Notes: a model not told the origin generated them from the sequence alone. Counted from the first letter of the stretch, positions 1-9,266 are shown. The stretch is DNA of 64,000 bases from Patescibacteria group bacterium (GCA_018830295.1 JAHJSM010000001.1:193980-257979), one strand, 5' to 3'. Translations and numbers: made by a program.

Positions 1-357
1 TAGCGTTCAAAACATATCTTTGATTGTCCGTCGCTACATAATATTGATAAGTTCCCGTCCCTGGGTCGGTCGGCACAGAAGCGATATAACCGCCTCCTTC
101 TATTGCTGTTTCCATGACCGCCCAACTATCAGCCCCAGCTGTTCCTGGATAACCTGTGCTTGTGTTATCGTCGTAATACATTTCCAATGCCAAAGCGACT
201 TGTCTCATATCGCTCACCCTTCGGACATCTCGCGCTTTCTCTCGAGCTGTGTTCAAAGAAACCAAAACAATTGTTGACAAAACGCCAATAATCGCGATAA
301 CCACCAAAAGTTCAATTAATGTAAAACCTTTTTGATTCTTCTTAAAAACTTGTAACA
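1..357 (-). CDS. Type IV pilin / pseudopilin (partial; C-terminus runs past the window start)
   Basis: Reverse-strand translation from the ATG at 355-357 gives MLQVFKKNQKGFTLIELLVVIAIIGVLSTIVLVSL, a class III prepilin signal with the G|FTLIEL cleavage/methylation motif. The SD GAGGGGGTG sits upstream. It is missing from the ORF track because it has no stop codon inside the window. Confidence 0.7.
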
Positions 358-387
358 TTTTTTTCACCCCCTCTCATAATAGATAAA

Positions 388-1593
388 TTAAAACGCTCCC
401 GCCAAATTATAAATCGGAATAAAAACGGCAAAGACCAAAATACTAACGCCCACTCCTAATATCACAATCAAAAGCGGCTCAATAATTTGACTCAAATTAT
501 TCACAATATTATCTACTTCTTTACTATAAAAAATGCTAATTTTCTCTAAAATAATATCCAATTTTCCTGTTTTTTCGCCCGTTTTAACCATTTGAGAAAA
601 CAAAGGAGGAAATTCTTCGTGATTCTCTAAAACCGAACTGATGCTTTTTCCTACCTTAACATCGTCTCTCGCCTGAAAAATAATTTGCTGAAAAATCGCG
701 TTGCCCACAACTTGACCAGTGATATTCAAACTCTGAATAATAGAAACGCCGCCTTTAACTAAAGTGCCTAAGTTGTCGGCGATCCGCGCTAAATAGGTCT
801 TCTGAAAAATTTTCCCAAAAATAGGTATTTTAAGTTTAAACATGTCCCAATAAAATTTTCCTCGGGCAGTTTTCTTGTAGCGCGCAATAACAAAACCAAA
901 AACAATTAAAAAAGTTAAAATTAACCACCACGACCCTCTAATGAAATCGCTTGTCCAAATAACTATTTTAGTTGAAACGGGCAATTCTTGCTCGGCCTCA
1001 AGCAAAATAGAGGTAAGATTTGGAATAACCATCGTCATAACCAAGACGCCGACAATAATAAAAGCGCCCAAAATAAAAGCAGGGTAAGTCATCGCGCCGC
1101 GCACTTTAGAAATGAGATAAAATTCTTTTTCAAGGTAGTCGGCCAAATAATTGAGCGTTTCTTGAAGCCGCCCCGAGACCTCTCCCGACTTGATTAAATT
1201 AACGGAAAAAATAGAAAAAACCTTGGGATGCTTCCCCATCGCTTTTGAAAAAGCCATCCCTCCATCAACATCGCTCGCCGTCGCGCTGATAATATCTTTC
1301 AAAGAACGGCTTTCTGTTTGCTTGCTTAAGATATTCAATGACTGAACCAAAGGAACATCCGCGTCAACCAAAATAGCCAACTGCCTAAAAAAAACGAAAA
1401 TATCTTTTCTTTTAATTCTATTAAAAATTTTAATTTCTCTGCTAATAAGGGGCGCTCTCCCTCCGATTTTTAAATTGACCACGATTAACCCTTTATCTTG
1501 CAAAATTTTAAGAGCGGCTGAATAATCAGACGCTTCAATCACTCCTGTTTGGGTCTCTCCTTTTTGGTCGCGCGCAAGATAATTAAACTTCAT
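388..1593 (-). CDS. pilC: Type IV pilus assembly platform protein PilC (GspF family)
   Basis: 401 aa with a polytopic membrane profile. Duplicated GspF-like segments and an N-terminus typical of PilC. Lies in an operon with pilT, pilB and the pilins. Confidence 0.85.
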   Translation of the reverse strand: MKFNYLARDQKGETQTGVIEASDYSAALKILQDKGLIVVNLKIGGRAPLISREIKIFNRIKRKDIFVFFRQLAILVDADVPLVQSLNILSKQTESRSLKDIISATASDVDGGMAFSKAMGKHPKVFSIFSVNLIKSGEVSGRLQETLNYLADYLEKEFYLISKVRGAMTYPAFILGAFIIVGVLVMTMVIPNLTSILLEAEQELPVSTKIVIWTSDFIRGSWWLILTFLIVFGFVIARYKKTARGKFYWDMFKLKIPIFGKIFQKTYLARIADNLGTLVKGGVSIIQSLNITGQVVGNAIFQQIIFQARDDVKVGKSISSVLENHEEFPPLFSQMVKTGEKTGKLDIILEKISIFYSKEVDNIVNNLSQIIEPLLIVILGVGVSILVFAVFIPIYNLAGAF

Positions 1594-1599
1594 AAAAAT

Positions 1600-2751
1600 T
1601 TAGTTTTTTAACAGCATTTTTAACTCTGAAAGATTGATTGAATTTTTTTCGGCCTCCTCTAAGGATATTAATTCTCTATTAACCAAATCAGCCAAAGAAC
1701 GGTTGAGCGAAATCATCCCTTCTTTTGAACTTGTTTCAATAACCATATCTATTTGATGGGTTTTCCCTTCGCGAATTAAATTTCTAATAGCAGAATTGGC
1801 GATCATTAACTCAACAGCGTTAATTATCCCACCTTTTAGACAAGGAAGCAAGCGCCGTGAAAGAATGCCTAAAATGTTGGAAGCAAGTTGCGTCCTAATT
1901 TGACCTTGTTGATGAGGAGGAAAACTGTCAATAATTCTATCAACCGTCTGCGCGGCCGTGTTAGTATGGAGAGTGGTTAAAACCAAGTGCCCCGTTTCGG
2001 CGGCTGTGACGGCGCTGCTGATTGTTTCTGGATCGCGCATCTCACCGATCATAATCACATCCGGGTCCTGCCGAAGAACTTCGCGCAATCCGCGATGAAA
2101 GTTTTGAACATCATCACCCACTTCCCTTTGGTCAATAATACATTTATCTTGTATAAAAAGATGCTCAACCGGATCTTCAATCGTGACGATATGGTCCTGT
2201 CTTGTGTGATTGATTTCATTCACAATCGCCGCCAATGCGGCTGATTTTCCTTGTCCGGAAGGTCCAACCGCCAGAAAAAATCCTTGAGGCGCCTCGGCAA
2301 ACTGATGACAAATTAGCGGCAAATTTAATTCCTCAATTGTTCTGATTTTACTGGGGATAAGACGCAAAGCAACGCTAATTTTTCCTAATTGATAATAGAC
2401 ATTAACTCTAAAACGCGCCTTATCTTCATACGCAAAAGACAAATCAATATCTCTTTGCGCGTTAAACTGCTCTCTTCTTTCTTCGTTCAAAATCACATAA
2501 GCCAAGCCCTGCGTATCTTCATTTGTTAAAACTTGGTCTTTGTCTGAAAAAACCAAATTTCCATTAATTCTTAAAATAAAAGGACGACCCGAAGAAAGGT
2601 GAATATCAGTCGCTTCTTTTTCAACCGCCAAAGCAAGGATTTCATCTAATTTTTGTTTATATTGTTCGTTAGTCATAATATTAATATACGCGCTCGCGCC
2701 TAAACTCATTCCTTTTTTCATAATTTCTATTACTCTACGGAGAGACCTCAT
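1600..2751 (-). CDS. pilT: Twitching motility ATPase PilT
   Basis: Walker A GPSGQGKS. PilT-type secretion ATPase motifs (TIEDPVE, His box). 383 aa. Confidence 0.85.
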   Translation of the reverse strand: MRSLRRVIEIMKKGMSLGASAYINIMTNEQYKQKLDEILALAVEKEATDIHLSSGRPFILRINGNLVFSDKDQVLTNEDTQGLAYVILNEERREQFNAQRDIDLSFAYEDKARFRVNVYYQLGKISVALRLIPSKIRTIEELNLPLICHQFAEAPQGFFLAVGPSGQGKSAALAAIVNEINHTRQDHIVTIEDPVEHLFIQDKCIIDQREVGDDVQNFHRGLREVLRQDPDVIMIGEMRDPETISSAVTAAETGHLVLTTLHTNTAAQTVDRIIDSFPPHQQGQIRTQLASNILGILSRRLLPCLKGGIINAVELMIANSAIRNLIREGKTHQIDMVIETSSKEGMISLNRSLADLVNRELISLEEAEKNSINLSELKMLLKN

Positions 2752-3178
2752 TCAATCCCGCCGCTTTATCGTGAATAGAATTTGTTTCTAAATAATACTG
2801 GATAAAATATGTCGCTCCCGTTAGTGACTGATAATAATATTTATAAGTTACCCCGCCCATAACATCGTTAATCGGGTCAACGGGCGCTTTTGACATAACC
2901 ACATCCCCGCTCAAAGCAACCGACATCGCGTCATCGCCTATAATATATCCATCGTAAATCGGGTAAACGCTGCGATTATTGTTATACATCGCCAGTCCGT
3001 CCATAATGGACTTAACATCACCAACCCGTCTAACATCGCGGCTTTTGGCTCTAATTCCTTCAACGCTAAATAAGACAATCGTTGACAAAAGGCCAAGAAT
3101 CGCCACAACCACCAAAAGTTCAATCAAAGTGAACCCAGCTCTTTTGTTTTTGTTTTTTTTCATATTTTTACTCCTCAA
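2735..3178 (-). CDS. Type IV pilin (prepilin N-terminal methylation domain)
   Basis: The N-terminus KRAGFTLIELLVVVAILGLLSTIV is a prepilin peptidase signal. Confidence 0.75.
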   Translation of the reverse strand: MRSKNMKKNKNKRAGFTLIELLVVVAILGLLSTIVLFSVEGIRAKSRDVRRVGDVKSIMDGLAMYNNNRSVYPIYDGYIIGDDAMSVALSGDVVMSKAPVDPINDVMGGVTYKYYYQSLTGATYFIQYYLETNSIHDKAAGLNEVSP

Positions 3179-4826
3179 CCACCCTTAACATTTCCTCAAA
3201 AGAAATTAACCCTTGGAGCGCCTTATTAACGCCATCTTGCTTCATTGTAAGCATCCCTTGTCTTTTTGCTTCTTCTTCCATTTTTGCCTCGTTCACTCCT
3301 TCGTTGACAATACTTTCTAATTGAGGAGTCATTTTTAACATTTCATAAAGAGCTAACCGACCTTTTGTCCCTTTATTACTACAAAATTTACACCCGACCG
3401 GACGATAAATTTTAAACGGTTTTTCGTAGGGAAAATCCTTTTTTTGAAATGGATATAAAGTAATCAAACTTTTCTCAATTTCTTTTTCCATCGGCAACGG
3501 CGCAATTGTCTCTTTCTTACAATGAGGACAAAGTCGCCTAACTAATCTTTGCGCGATTACCAAATTCATTGAGGCGGGTATAAGGAAAGAACTAATTCCC
3601 ATATCGATCAAGCGGGGAATCACGCCTATGGCATTATTGGTATGAATTGTGGAAAGAAGAATATGCCCCGTTAAAGCAGAATGAATCGCCAACCCAGCCG
3701 TTTCTTCATCTCTAATCTCTCCAACCATAATAATGTCCGGGTCTTGCCTCAAAATATGCCTCAAGCCAGAAGCAAAAGTATATTTAATGTCAGGCCTAAT
3801 CTGGGACTGGTTAACTCCTTCAATATAATATTCCACAGGGTCTTCCAAACTCACAATATTAACCTCCTCTTGATTCAGTCCGCTTAAAATGGCGTAGAGA
3901 GTGGTTGACTTTCCTGAACCCGTCGGACCACTAATTAGTATCATGCCAAACGGCTGTTTGATCGCTGCTTCCAGTATTTTTAGATTATAACCCTGAACTC
4001 CTAATTCGGCAAAATCCCTTAAACTAGCCGATGGGTCCAAAACCCTTAAAACAACCTTCTCTCCGCCAACTGTTGGAAAAGTGGAGACCCTAAAATCAAT
4101 TTTTTTTCCGCCGACTGGCGCGTGAAATCTCCCATCCTGAGGAACTCTTGACTCGTCAATTTTTAAATTTGAAAGAATTTTAATACGAGAGACAACCGCT
4201 AAATGAATTTCTTTCGGCAAAATTAAACTCTTGTGAAGAATTCCGTCAACTCTGAAACGAACTTGCACTCTATCTTCAATTGGCTCAATATGAATATCCG
4301 ACGCCGCGCCCTCAGCAGCGTGCTTAAGAATAACAGCGACTATTTTAGTAATGGGCGCTTCTGTAACTATTTTTCTAGCTATCTCCGATGTTTCGTCCTG
4401 AATCGGCCTAACTTTTTTTTCTGTCTTTAATTCTTTTTCCAGCTCCTCAAGAGCTTTTTTAACCTCCGAACGAAAACTGCGATATTGCTTCAAAACATTT
4501 TTGAAATCTGTCTGACTAATAAGAAATATTCTTGTTTCTAACCCGCTCCGCTGGACAATAAATCTCAAGGCCTCTCTCGCTTTAAGATTATCCGGATCAA
4601 TCATCCCCACATCCAAAACATTTTTTTCTTTAGCAATAGGGGCAAGGCCGTAAAAAATAACTGCTTCTTCAGGAATTTCTTTCAACGCCTCCACTGGAAT
4701 TGTCTTCCCTGTTAAATCAGCGAAAGGGACGCCCATCGCCTCCGCTCTTTCTCTTGTCGCGCGCGCGTCTTCCTCTTCGTTTTTTTGAACATCTTTTTTA
4801 ACAGAACTCATATTAATTTTCATCAA
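3168..4826 (-). CDS. pilB: Type IV pilus assembly ATPase PilB (GspE family)
   Basis: Walker A GPTGSGKST. GspE-type Asp/His boxes. C-terminal CxxC zinc motif (CPHC...CKFC). 552 aa. Confidence 0.85.
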   Translation of the reverse strand: MMKINMSSVKKDVQKNEEEDARATRERAEAMGVPFADLTGKTIPVEALKEIPEEAVIFYGLAPIAKEKNVLDVGMIDPDNLKAREALRFIVQRSGLETRIFLISQTDFKNVLKQYRSFRSEVKKALEELEKELKTEKKVRPIQDETSEIARKIVTEAPITKIVAVILKHAAEGAASDIHIEPIEDRVQVRFRVDGILHKSLILPKEIHLAVVSRIKILSNLKIDESRVPQDGRFHAPVGGKKIDFRVSTFPTVGGEKVVLRVLDPSASLRDFAELGVQGYNLKILEAAIKQPFGMILISGPTGSGKSTTLYAILSGLNQEEVNIVSLEDPVEYYIEGVNQSQIRPDIKYTFASGLRHILRQDPDIIMVGEIRDEETAGLAIHSALTGHILLSTIHTNNAIGVIPRLIDMGISSFLIPASMNLVIAQRLVRRLCPHCKKETIAPLPMEKEIEKSLITLYPFQKKDFPYEKPFKIYRPVGCKFCSNKGTKGRLALYEMLKMTPQLESIVNEGVNEAKMEEEAKRQGMLTMKQDGVNKALQGLISFEEMLRVVEE

Positions 4827-5182
4827 TAGGGCAAAAATGGGTTAGCCCGCCCTTTTTCGTCTACCTGCAATGGCCACTCTCCGTAAATTTTTAAATTTCG
4901 CAAATATGGATTTTCCAAAAAATCAGTGTCAAAATTCATTTTTTTAATAACGACACTCGGCGCCGCGTTTTTTTCTTCTGTAACGACAAACTCAACGCTG
5001 GAAGGTTCCTCGCTTAACGAAGGCGAAGTTGGAGTTGGAGTTGGAGTTGGAGAACGCCAAAAACCAAAATACAAAATAACAACCGATATTAAAACAGTCG
5101 CCACTAAAATAACTAACATTAACCGTTGTTTTTTGTCTTCTGGTGTTAAGATAGAATTTACTGAAAATATTTTAAAATTCAT
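4823..5182 (-). CDS. Small membrane protein with a (TP)n linker, pilus-operon member (PilP-like position)
   Basis: 119 aa with an N-terminal TM and a PTPTPTPTSP tract encoded by a tandem ACTCCA hexamer at about 5027-5052. Its ends overlap pilB and the pilO-like gene. Confidence 0.45.
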   Translation of the reverse strand: MNFKIFSVNSILTPEDKKQRLMLVILVATVLISVVILYFGFWRSPTPTPTPTSPSLSEEPSSVEFVVTEEKNAAPSVVIKKMNFDTDFLENPYLRNLKIYGEWPLQVDEKGRANPFLPY

Positions 5183-5184
5183 AT

Positions 5185-5799
5185 TTATATAGAAGGTCTG
5201 TAATAAACTTTCACGACCAAATTAAACTCAAAAATTCCTAATTGCTCAAAAGAGCCATCTTCTTTTTTTTCAGAAACCTTAAAATTAACTTGCTCAATAT
5301 CCATTGAACGAACATTATTTTCCAAACTATTCAAATAACTTTTAAACGCCTCATAAGAACCAACTGCTCTTATATTCGCCGAAAAAGTAGCGATGCCTTC
5401 TGGAAGTTGCGCGCCTTGGTTTGTCTCTTGAGACGACGATTGAACACTGCTTCTGCGAGAAGCTGCTTGTACCTCTTCTATTTTGCCGAATTCTATTCCT
5501 TCCAACAATAATCCGTTTTGCAAAGCCAGTCCCTCAAATTGGACCAGTAAATAAGAAATTTCCTCCTCCTCGGGTAGAGACAAAATAATTTTTAGCGCTT
5601 CCTCTTTTGATTCCAAATATTTCTGCTCAAGCTGGCGGCTCTTTGCCAAAAGATTTTCAACTTCAACCGCTTCCTGCTTAAGTCCAATTATATCGGTTCT
5701 TAAAATTTTGGCCGAAGACCAAAGAGGAGCAATCACAAAAGAAGCCAAACCAACGGCGGCAACAAAACAAACTAAACTGATAATGATTTTACTTTTCAT
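5185..5799 (-). CDS. pilO: PilO-like pilus assembly protein
   Basis: N-terminal TM followed by coiled-coil. Position is between the pilN-like gene and pilB. Confidence 0.5.
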   Translation of the reverse strand: MKSKIIISLVCFVAAVGLASFVIAPLWSSAKILRTDIIGLKQEAVEVENLLAKSRQLEQKYLESKEEALKIILSLPEEEEISYLLVQFEGLALQNGLLLEGIEFGKIEEVQAASRRSSVQSSSQETNQGAQLPEGIATFSANIRAVGSYEAFKSYLNSLENNVRSMDIEQVNFKVSEKKEDGSFEQLGIFEFNLVVKVYYRPSI

Positions 5800-5803
5800 A
5801 AAA

Positions 5804-6382
5804 TTAACGACGCAAAAAGCTCGAGTTTATTTCTAACGAAAATTCTGAATTAATTTCGCCCGACTCACCCAGTGAAATTTCCGCGATATCAACCTTCTTT
5901 ATCCGAGAATCCTCCTTAAATACAATAAACTGTTTTGCTAAAGTGTTATAATCCGCCGTTTCAACTTTTAATTTTATAATCATTTGAGATAAATCCGCCC
6001 TTAAGTCAATAAAACGGACGCGAGACAGAGCTGACTCTTCAAGCATTCCGAAAATTCGAGATGAGTAAAGACGCGTTGTCCAAACATTTTTTAGAACATC
6101 AATTTTATCTTTCAGTTCAGTAAAGTCAGCCTCCAATTTCAAATCCCTTTGGTTTTGCAGCGCTTCCACATTGCTCGCGAACCCTTCCTTTTCATTGGCT
6201 AAGTCATTTCTATATCCTATTGCCCAAAAACAACCAAAAACGGCTCCAGCGAGCAAAATCAAAGACAAAACCAGCCAAAGATTCGCTTTGGAAGAAAAAT
6301 AAAAACCAACTCCAGAAAAACCAGTTGCCAGTTTGGAATCTTCGTCTTTATTATATTTTTCCGGTATTAATTTAAAATCCAT
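5804..6382 (-). CDS. pilN: PilN-like pilus assembly protein
   Basis: Short cytoplasmic N-terminus, a single TM, then coiled-coil. Immediately downstream of pilM. Confidence 0.5.
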   Translation of the reverse strand: MDFKLIPEKYNKDEDSKLATGFSGVGFYFSSKANLWLVLSLILLAGAVFGCFWAIGYRNDLANEKEGFASNVEALQNQRDLKLEADFTELKDKIDVLKNVWTTRLYSSRIFGMLEESALSRVRFIDLRADLSQMIIKLKVETADYNTLAKQFIVFKEDSRIKKVDIAEISLGESGEINSEFSLEINSSFLRR

Positions 6383-6383
6383 A

Positions 6384-7433
6384 TTACCCTCTCATTGATA
6401 ACCCCACCGCCACCGCTAATGGAGGACCTATCTCCTTCAAAATTGGGGCAAGTTCAGGCGGATAAAATACTCTAGCAAAAGGATTGCCCAAAGAAACATC
6501 GATGCTTAATTTAGTGGTTAAATAATCAGCGAAACCAACTAAACGAATTCCATCACCCACTAAAATACATTTTTCAACTCTTCTGCTATACTTACTTTGG
6601 TACGCCTCAATTATTTTTCTTATCTCAACAATAATAGCCCCCAGTGTTGAGTAACCAACCCCTTTTAATCGCGAAAATTGCTCGCCTTCCCCTGACATTT
6701 CCTTTTTTAAATTTTCCGCCTTCTCTAAATCAAGATTCATTTGTTGGGCAATGGCTTGCGTCACCTTAACTCCGCCCATTTCTAAATCATGAACAACTCT
6801 AATATATCCACCATCAACAATACCGATGTTAATTGAACGCGCGCCGACATCCACCAAAACCATAACGCTTTTATCATTACCAACCAACGCTCGGCCTAAA
6901 CTAAATGTCTCTTCTTCCATGCCGCGAGAGACAAGACCTGCTAACTTGCTAATTTGGGTATAAGTGTCAATAACCTTCTTGGGAGCAGCAATGACCATGG
7001 CCTGGCGGCCAGATTGTTTCCCGGGCAAATCCATAACATTCCAATCTAAAACCAATTCCGAAACTGGCACAGGAATATGCTTTCTCGCTTCAAGGGGAAC
7101 AGCCGCGGCAATTTCTTTTTCAGGCATATTAGGAAAATCAATTAGAGTGGAAAAACTAGAATACGCAGGAATAGAAAAATACGCGTCACGGGCGGTAATT
7201 TTTGCCTCTTTAATGGCCTCTTTAATTACCTCTGCGATTTCTCCGCTATCGGCGTTTAGAAGTTCACTATCAGATTGGCTACCAACTTTTTTAAGATAAT
7301 CAGATAGGGGCGCGATTGCATAATTAATCAACTTAAACCTTCCCTTCTCTTTGCCCAACTCAACCAATTTGACAGCCGAAGCGCCAACATCAATACCTAA
7401 AAAACTTTTCGGATTTTTTTTAAACAAAAACAT
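6384..7433 (-). CDS. pilM: Type IV pilus assembly protein PilM (actin-like ATPase)
   Basis: N-terminus FLGIDVGASAVKLVEL is the actin/FtsA-like fold typical of PilM. 349 aa. Confidence 0.75.
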   Translation of the reverse strand: MFLFKKNPKSFLGIDVGASAVKLVELGKEKGRFKLINYAIAPLSDYLKKVGSQSDSELLNADSGEIAEVIKEAIKEAKITARDAYFSIPAYSSFSTLIDFPNMPEKEIAAAVPLEARKHIPVPVSELVLDWNVMDLPGKQSGRQAMVIAAPKKVIDTYTQISKLAGLVSRGMEEETFSLGRALVGNDKSVMVLVDVGARSINIGIVDGGYIRVVHDLEMGGVKVTQAIAQQMNLDLEKAENLKKEMSGEGEQFSRLKGVGYSTLGAIIVEIRKIIEAYQSKYSRRVEKCILVGDGIRLVGFADYLTTKLSIDVSLGNPFARVFYPPELAPILKEIGPPLAVAVGLSMRG

Positions 7434-7627
7434 TATTTATCATTATTGTATCACACCCCTCCAACTAATCAAAAATAATTATCCACAGTCAGAGAATTCA
7501 GAAAGAAATTCAAGGTCAGACCTTCCCATCAGTTTGTCACTAAATAATAAGCAGTCGTGATAATGTCGTTTTGAAAGGTCTGACCTTTAATTTCTTTCTT
7601 TCCGCTAATATGTGTTATGATGTTTTC

Positions 7628-8263
7628 ATGAAAAAATTCATTCTCGCTACTCTCTTCCCCATCCAATGCCTCGCCTGTGGGAGCGAAGGAAAATTTATCT
7701 GCCCCTCATGTCTTGAACAAATTCCTCTTAACTCGGAACCAAGCGCCGCGACTAATTACGAAAACCCCCTTATTAAAAAAGCCATCCATCACTACAAATA
7801 TAATTTCGTCCAAGAACTCTCTATCCCTCTCGGAGCCCTCATGGCAAAAAAACTAAATTCTTGGGGACAGTCCCCCAATTTGGGGGCTGCCCCCAAGAAT
7901 TGCATTCTCGTCCCCGTTCCCCTCCACAAAAAACGGCTCCGCTGGCGCGGCTTTAACCAATCAGAACTCCTCGCTCAAGAAATATCCAAACAATTAAATA
8001 TCCCTGTCGCTAGCGATATTTTAATCCGAACTAAAAACACCCAGCCCCAAGCCAAAATAGAAAACCCCGCCCAAAGAAAAGCAAACCTCCAAAACGCCTT
8101 TGCTCTACGCCATTGGGGACAGTCCCTGCCGCGGGGACTGTCCCCAATAACTATTATTTTAGTTGACGACATCGCGACCACCGGCGCCACCCTCCAAGAA
8201 TGCGCCAAAGCCCTAGCCCCCCTCAAACCAAAATCCATCCAAGCCCTGGTCTTGGCACGCTAA
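7628..8263 (+). CDS. comF: ComF-family protein (double zinc ribbon + phosphoribosyltransferase domain)
   Basis: CLACGSEGKFICPSC zinc ribbon and the PRTase motif ILVDDIATTGATL. The ORF track starts at a TTG at 7571; ATGs at 7610 and 7628 are alternatives. Carries two in-frame palindromic repeat insertions. Confidence 0.7.
   Translation: MKKFILATLFPIQCLACGSEGKFICPSCLEQIPLNSEPSAATNYENPLIKKAIHHYKYNFVQELSIPLGALMAKKLNSWGQSPNLGAAPKNCILVPVPLHKKRLRWRGFNQSELLAQEISKQLNIPVASDILIRTKNTQPQAKIENPAQRKANLQNAFALRHWGQSLPRGLSPITIILVDDIATTGATLQECAKALAPLKPKSIQALVLAR
7863..7894. repeat. GC-rich palindromic repeat, hybrid B/A copy (GGGGACAGTCCCCC-AATTT-GGGGGCTGCCCCC), inside the comF CDS
   Basis: Read directly from the sequence. 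In-frame, encoding WGQSPNLGAAPKN. Confidence 0.8.
8115..8145. repeat. GC-rich palindromic repeat, B-type pair (GGGGACAGTCCC-TGCCGC-GGGGACTGTCCCC), inside the comF CDS
   Basis: Read directly. In-frame, encoding WGQSLPRGLSPI. Confidence 0.8.
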
Positions 8264-8266
8264 GAT

Positions 8267-8297
8267 GGGGGCTGCCCCCGCAACGGGGGCAGCCCCC
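8267..8297. repeat. GC-rich palindromic repeat, A-type (GGGGGCTGCCCCC-GCAAC-GGGGGCAGCCCCC)
   Basis: Perfect 13-mer inverted pair with AT on both flanks, immediately after the comF stop. Confidence 0.85.
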
Positions 8298-8338
8298 ATC
8301 TTGCTAAAACACAAGAATCAAAGTATGATACGAAGCAC

Positions 8339-8425
8339 GGAGAGGTGCCAGAGTGGCCGAATGGGGCATCCTGCTAAGATGTTGCGCCTCCGGGCGCCGA
8401 GGGTTCGAATCCCTCCCTCTCCGCC
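8339..8425 (+). tRNA. tRNA-Ser (anticodon GCT)
   Basis: Hand fold. Acceptor GGAGAGG/CCTCTCC. Anticodon stem GCATC/GATGT with loop CTGCTAA. Long variable arm. T-arm AGGGTTCGAATCCCT. Confidence 0.85.
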
Positions 8426-8504
8426 TTCGCCCGCCGAAGCGGGCTTCGGCGGACACAGTCCGCCTGAAGATTGCGTAGGCGGGCAGCATCCGCCATTTAA
8501 TTTA
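8426..8504 (+). ncRNA. Conserved hairpin-rich spacer downstream of tRNA-Ser (copy 1)
   Basis: GCCCGC-CGAA-GCGGGC and GGCGGAC-ACA-GTCCGCC hairpins. Shares the block ...GGACACAGTCCGCCTGAAGATTGCGTAGGCGGG with 38387-38495. Confidence 0.4.
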
Positions 8505-8594
8505 GGAGAGGTTCCAGAGCGGCCGAATGGGACGGTCTTGAAAACCGTTGAGCCTTCACAGGCTCCCAGGGTTCGAATCCCTGCCTCTCCGCCA
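8505..8594 (+). tRNA. tRNA-Ser (anticodon TGA)
   Basis: Anticodon stem ACGGT/ACCGT with loop CTTGAAA. Long variable arm. CCA encoded. Confidence 0.85.
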
Positions 8595-8616
8595 AATTAT
8601 AAAACAGAAAATAACC

Positions 8617-9258
8617 ATGGCGAAAATTGTAGACCTTCGGGGAAAATATATAGAAAGCGAAACTGAAGAAAATTCGGAGGAATTTTTGAGGTTCGCGCGA
8701 TTGCAAAAAGAACGACGGAAAGAGAAAAAAAAGAAACCAAAAAAAAGCGAGTCAAAACCCAAAAAAATCGCGCCAAAAAAACGCGAAAAAATAAAAACTG
8801 ATTTGAGTTTGGAATGGAACGCCCCTGAATTTTTCTATTTTGAAAAAACAGAAATTTGGTTTGTTGTGAGTGGGCTCATCGCCATCGCCCTTTTTCTTTG
8901 GGCGCTTTGGACAAGAAATATTTTTTTCGCCCTAATAATTATCTTGGGATATTTTATTATAACCGCTTACGCTATTAAAAAACCGAGAAAGATCGCGGCA
9001 AAAATAACGGCTGAAGGAATTAAAATTGACAGAGCGCTTTATCCGTATGATAATCTAAAATCATTCTGGATTTTTTATGAACCGCCCACGCTCAAAGAAA
9101 TCAGCGTTTTAAGCAGAAAAAAAATAATGCCCCACATAAAAATCCCCTTGGGCGAACAAGACCCTGTCGCGGCGAGAAAAGCCCTCATCCAATACCTCCC
9201 CGAAAAAAGACAAGAAGAATCCTTGACTGACAACCTGTCAAGACAAATAAAATTCTAA
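8617..9258 (+). CDS. Hypothetical membrane protein (Lys-rich N-terminus, 2 TM)
   Basis: ORF starting at ATG 8617 (MAKIVDLRG...). The upstream part of the tracked ORF overlaps tRNA-Ser. TM segments IWFVVSGLIAIALFLWALW and IFFALIIILGYFIITAYAI. Confidence 0.5.
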   Translation: MAKIVDLRGKYIESETEENSEEFLRFARLQKERRKEKKKKPKKSESKPKKIAPKKREKIKTDLSLEWNAPEFFYFEKTEIWFVVSGLIAIALFLWALWTRNIFFALIIILGYFIITAYAIKKPRKIAAKITAEGIKIDRALYPYDNLKSFWIFYEPPTLKEISVLSRKKIMPHIKIPLGEQDPVAARKALIQYLPEKRQEESLTDNLSRQIKF

Positions 9259-9266
9259 CCCTGTAT

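Noticed and set aside
20-277. 85-aa plus-strand ORF at the window start
   Set aside because: It is antisense to the partial prepilin gene, whose reverse-strand translation shows a canonical GFTLIEL signal.
8265-8706. ORF-track proteins 8265..8666 (+), 8304..8489 (-) and 8497..8706 (-)
   Set aside because: They overlap two tRNA-Ser genes and the repeat. The 'MGAAPATGAAP' N-terminus is a translation of the palindromic repeat.
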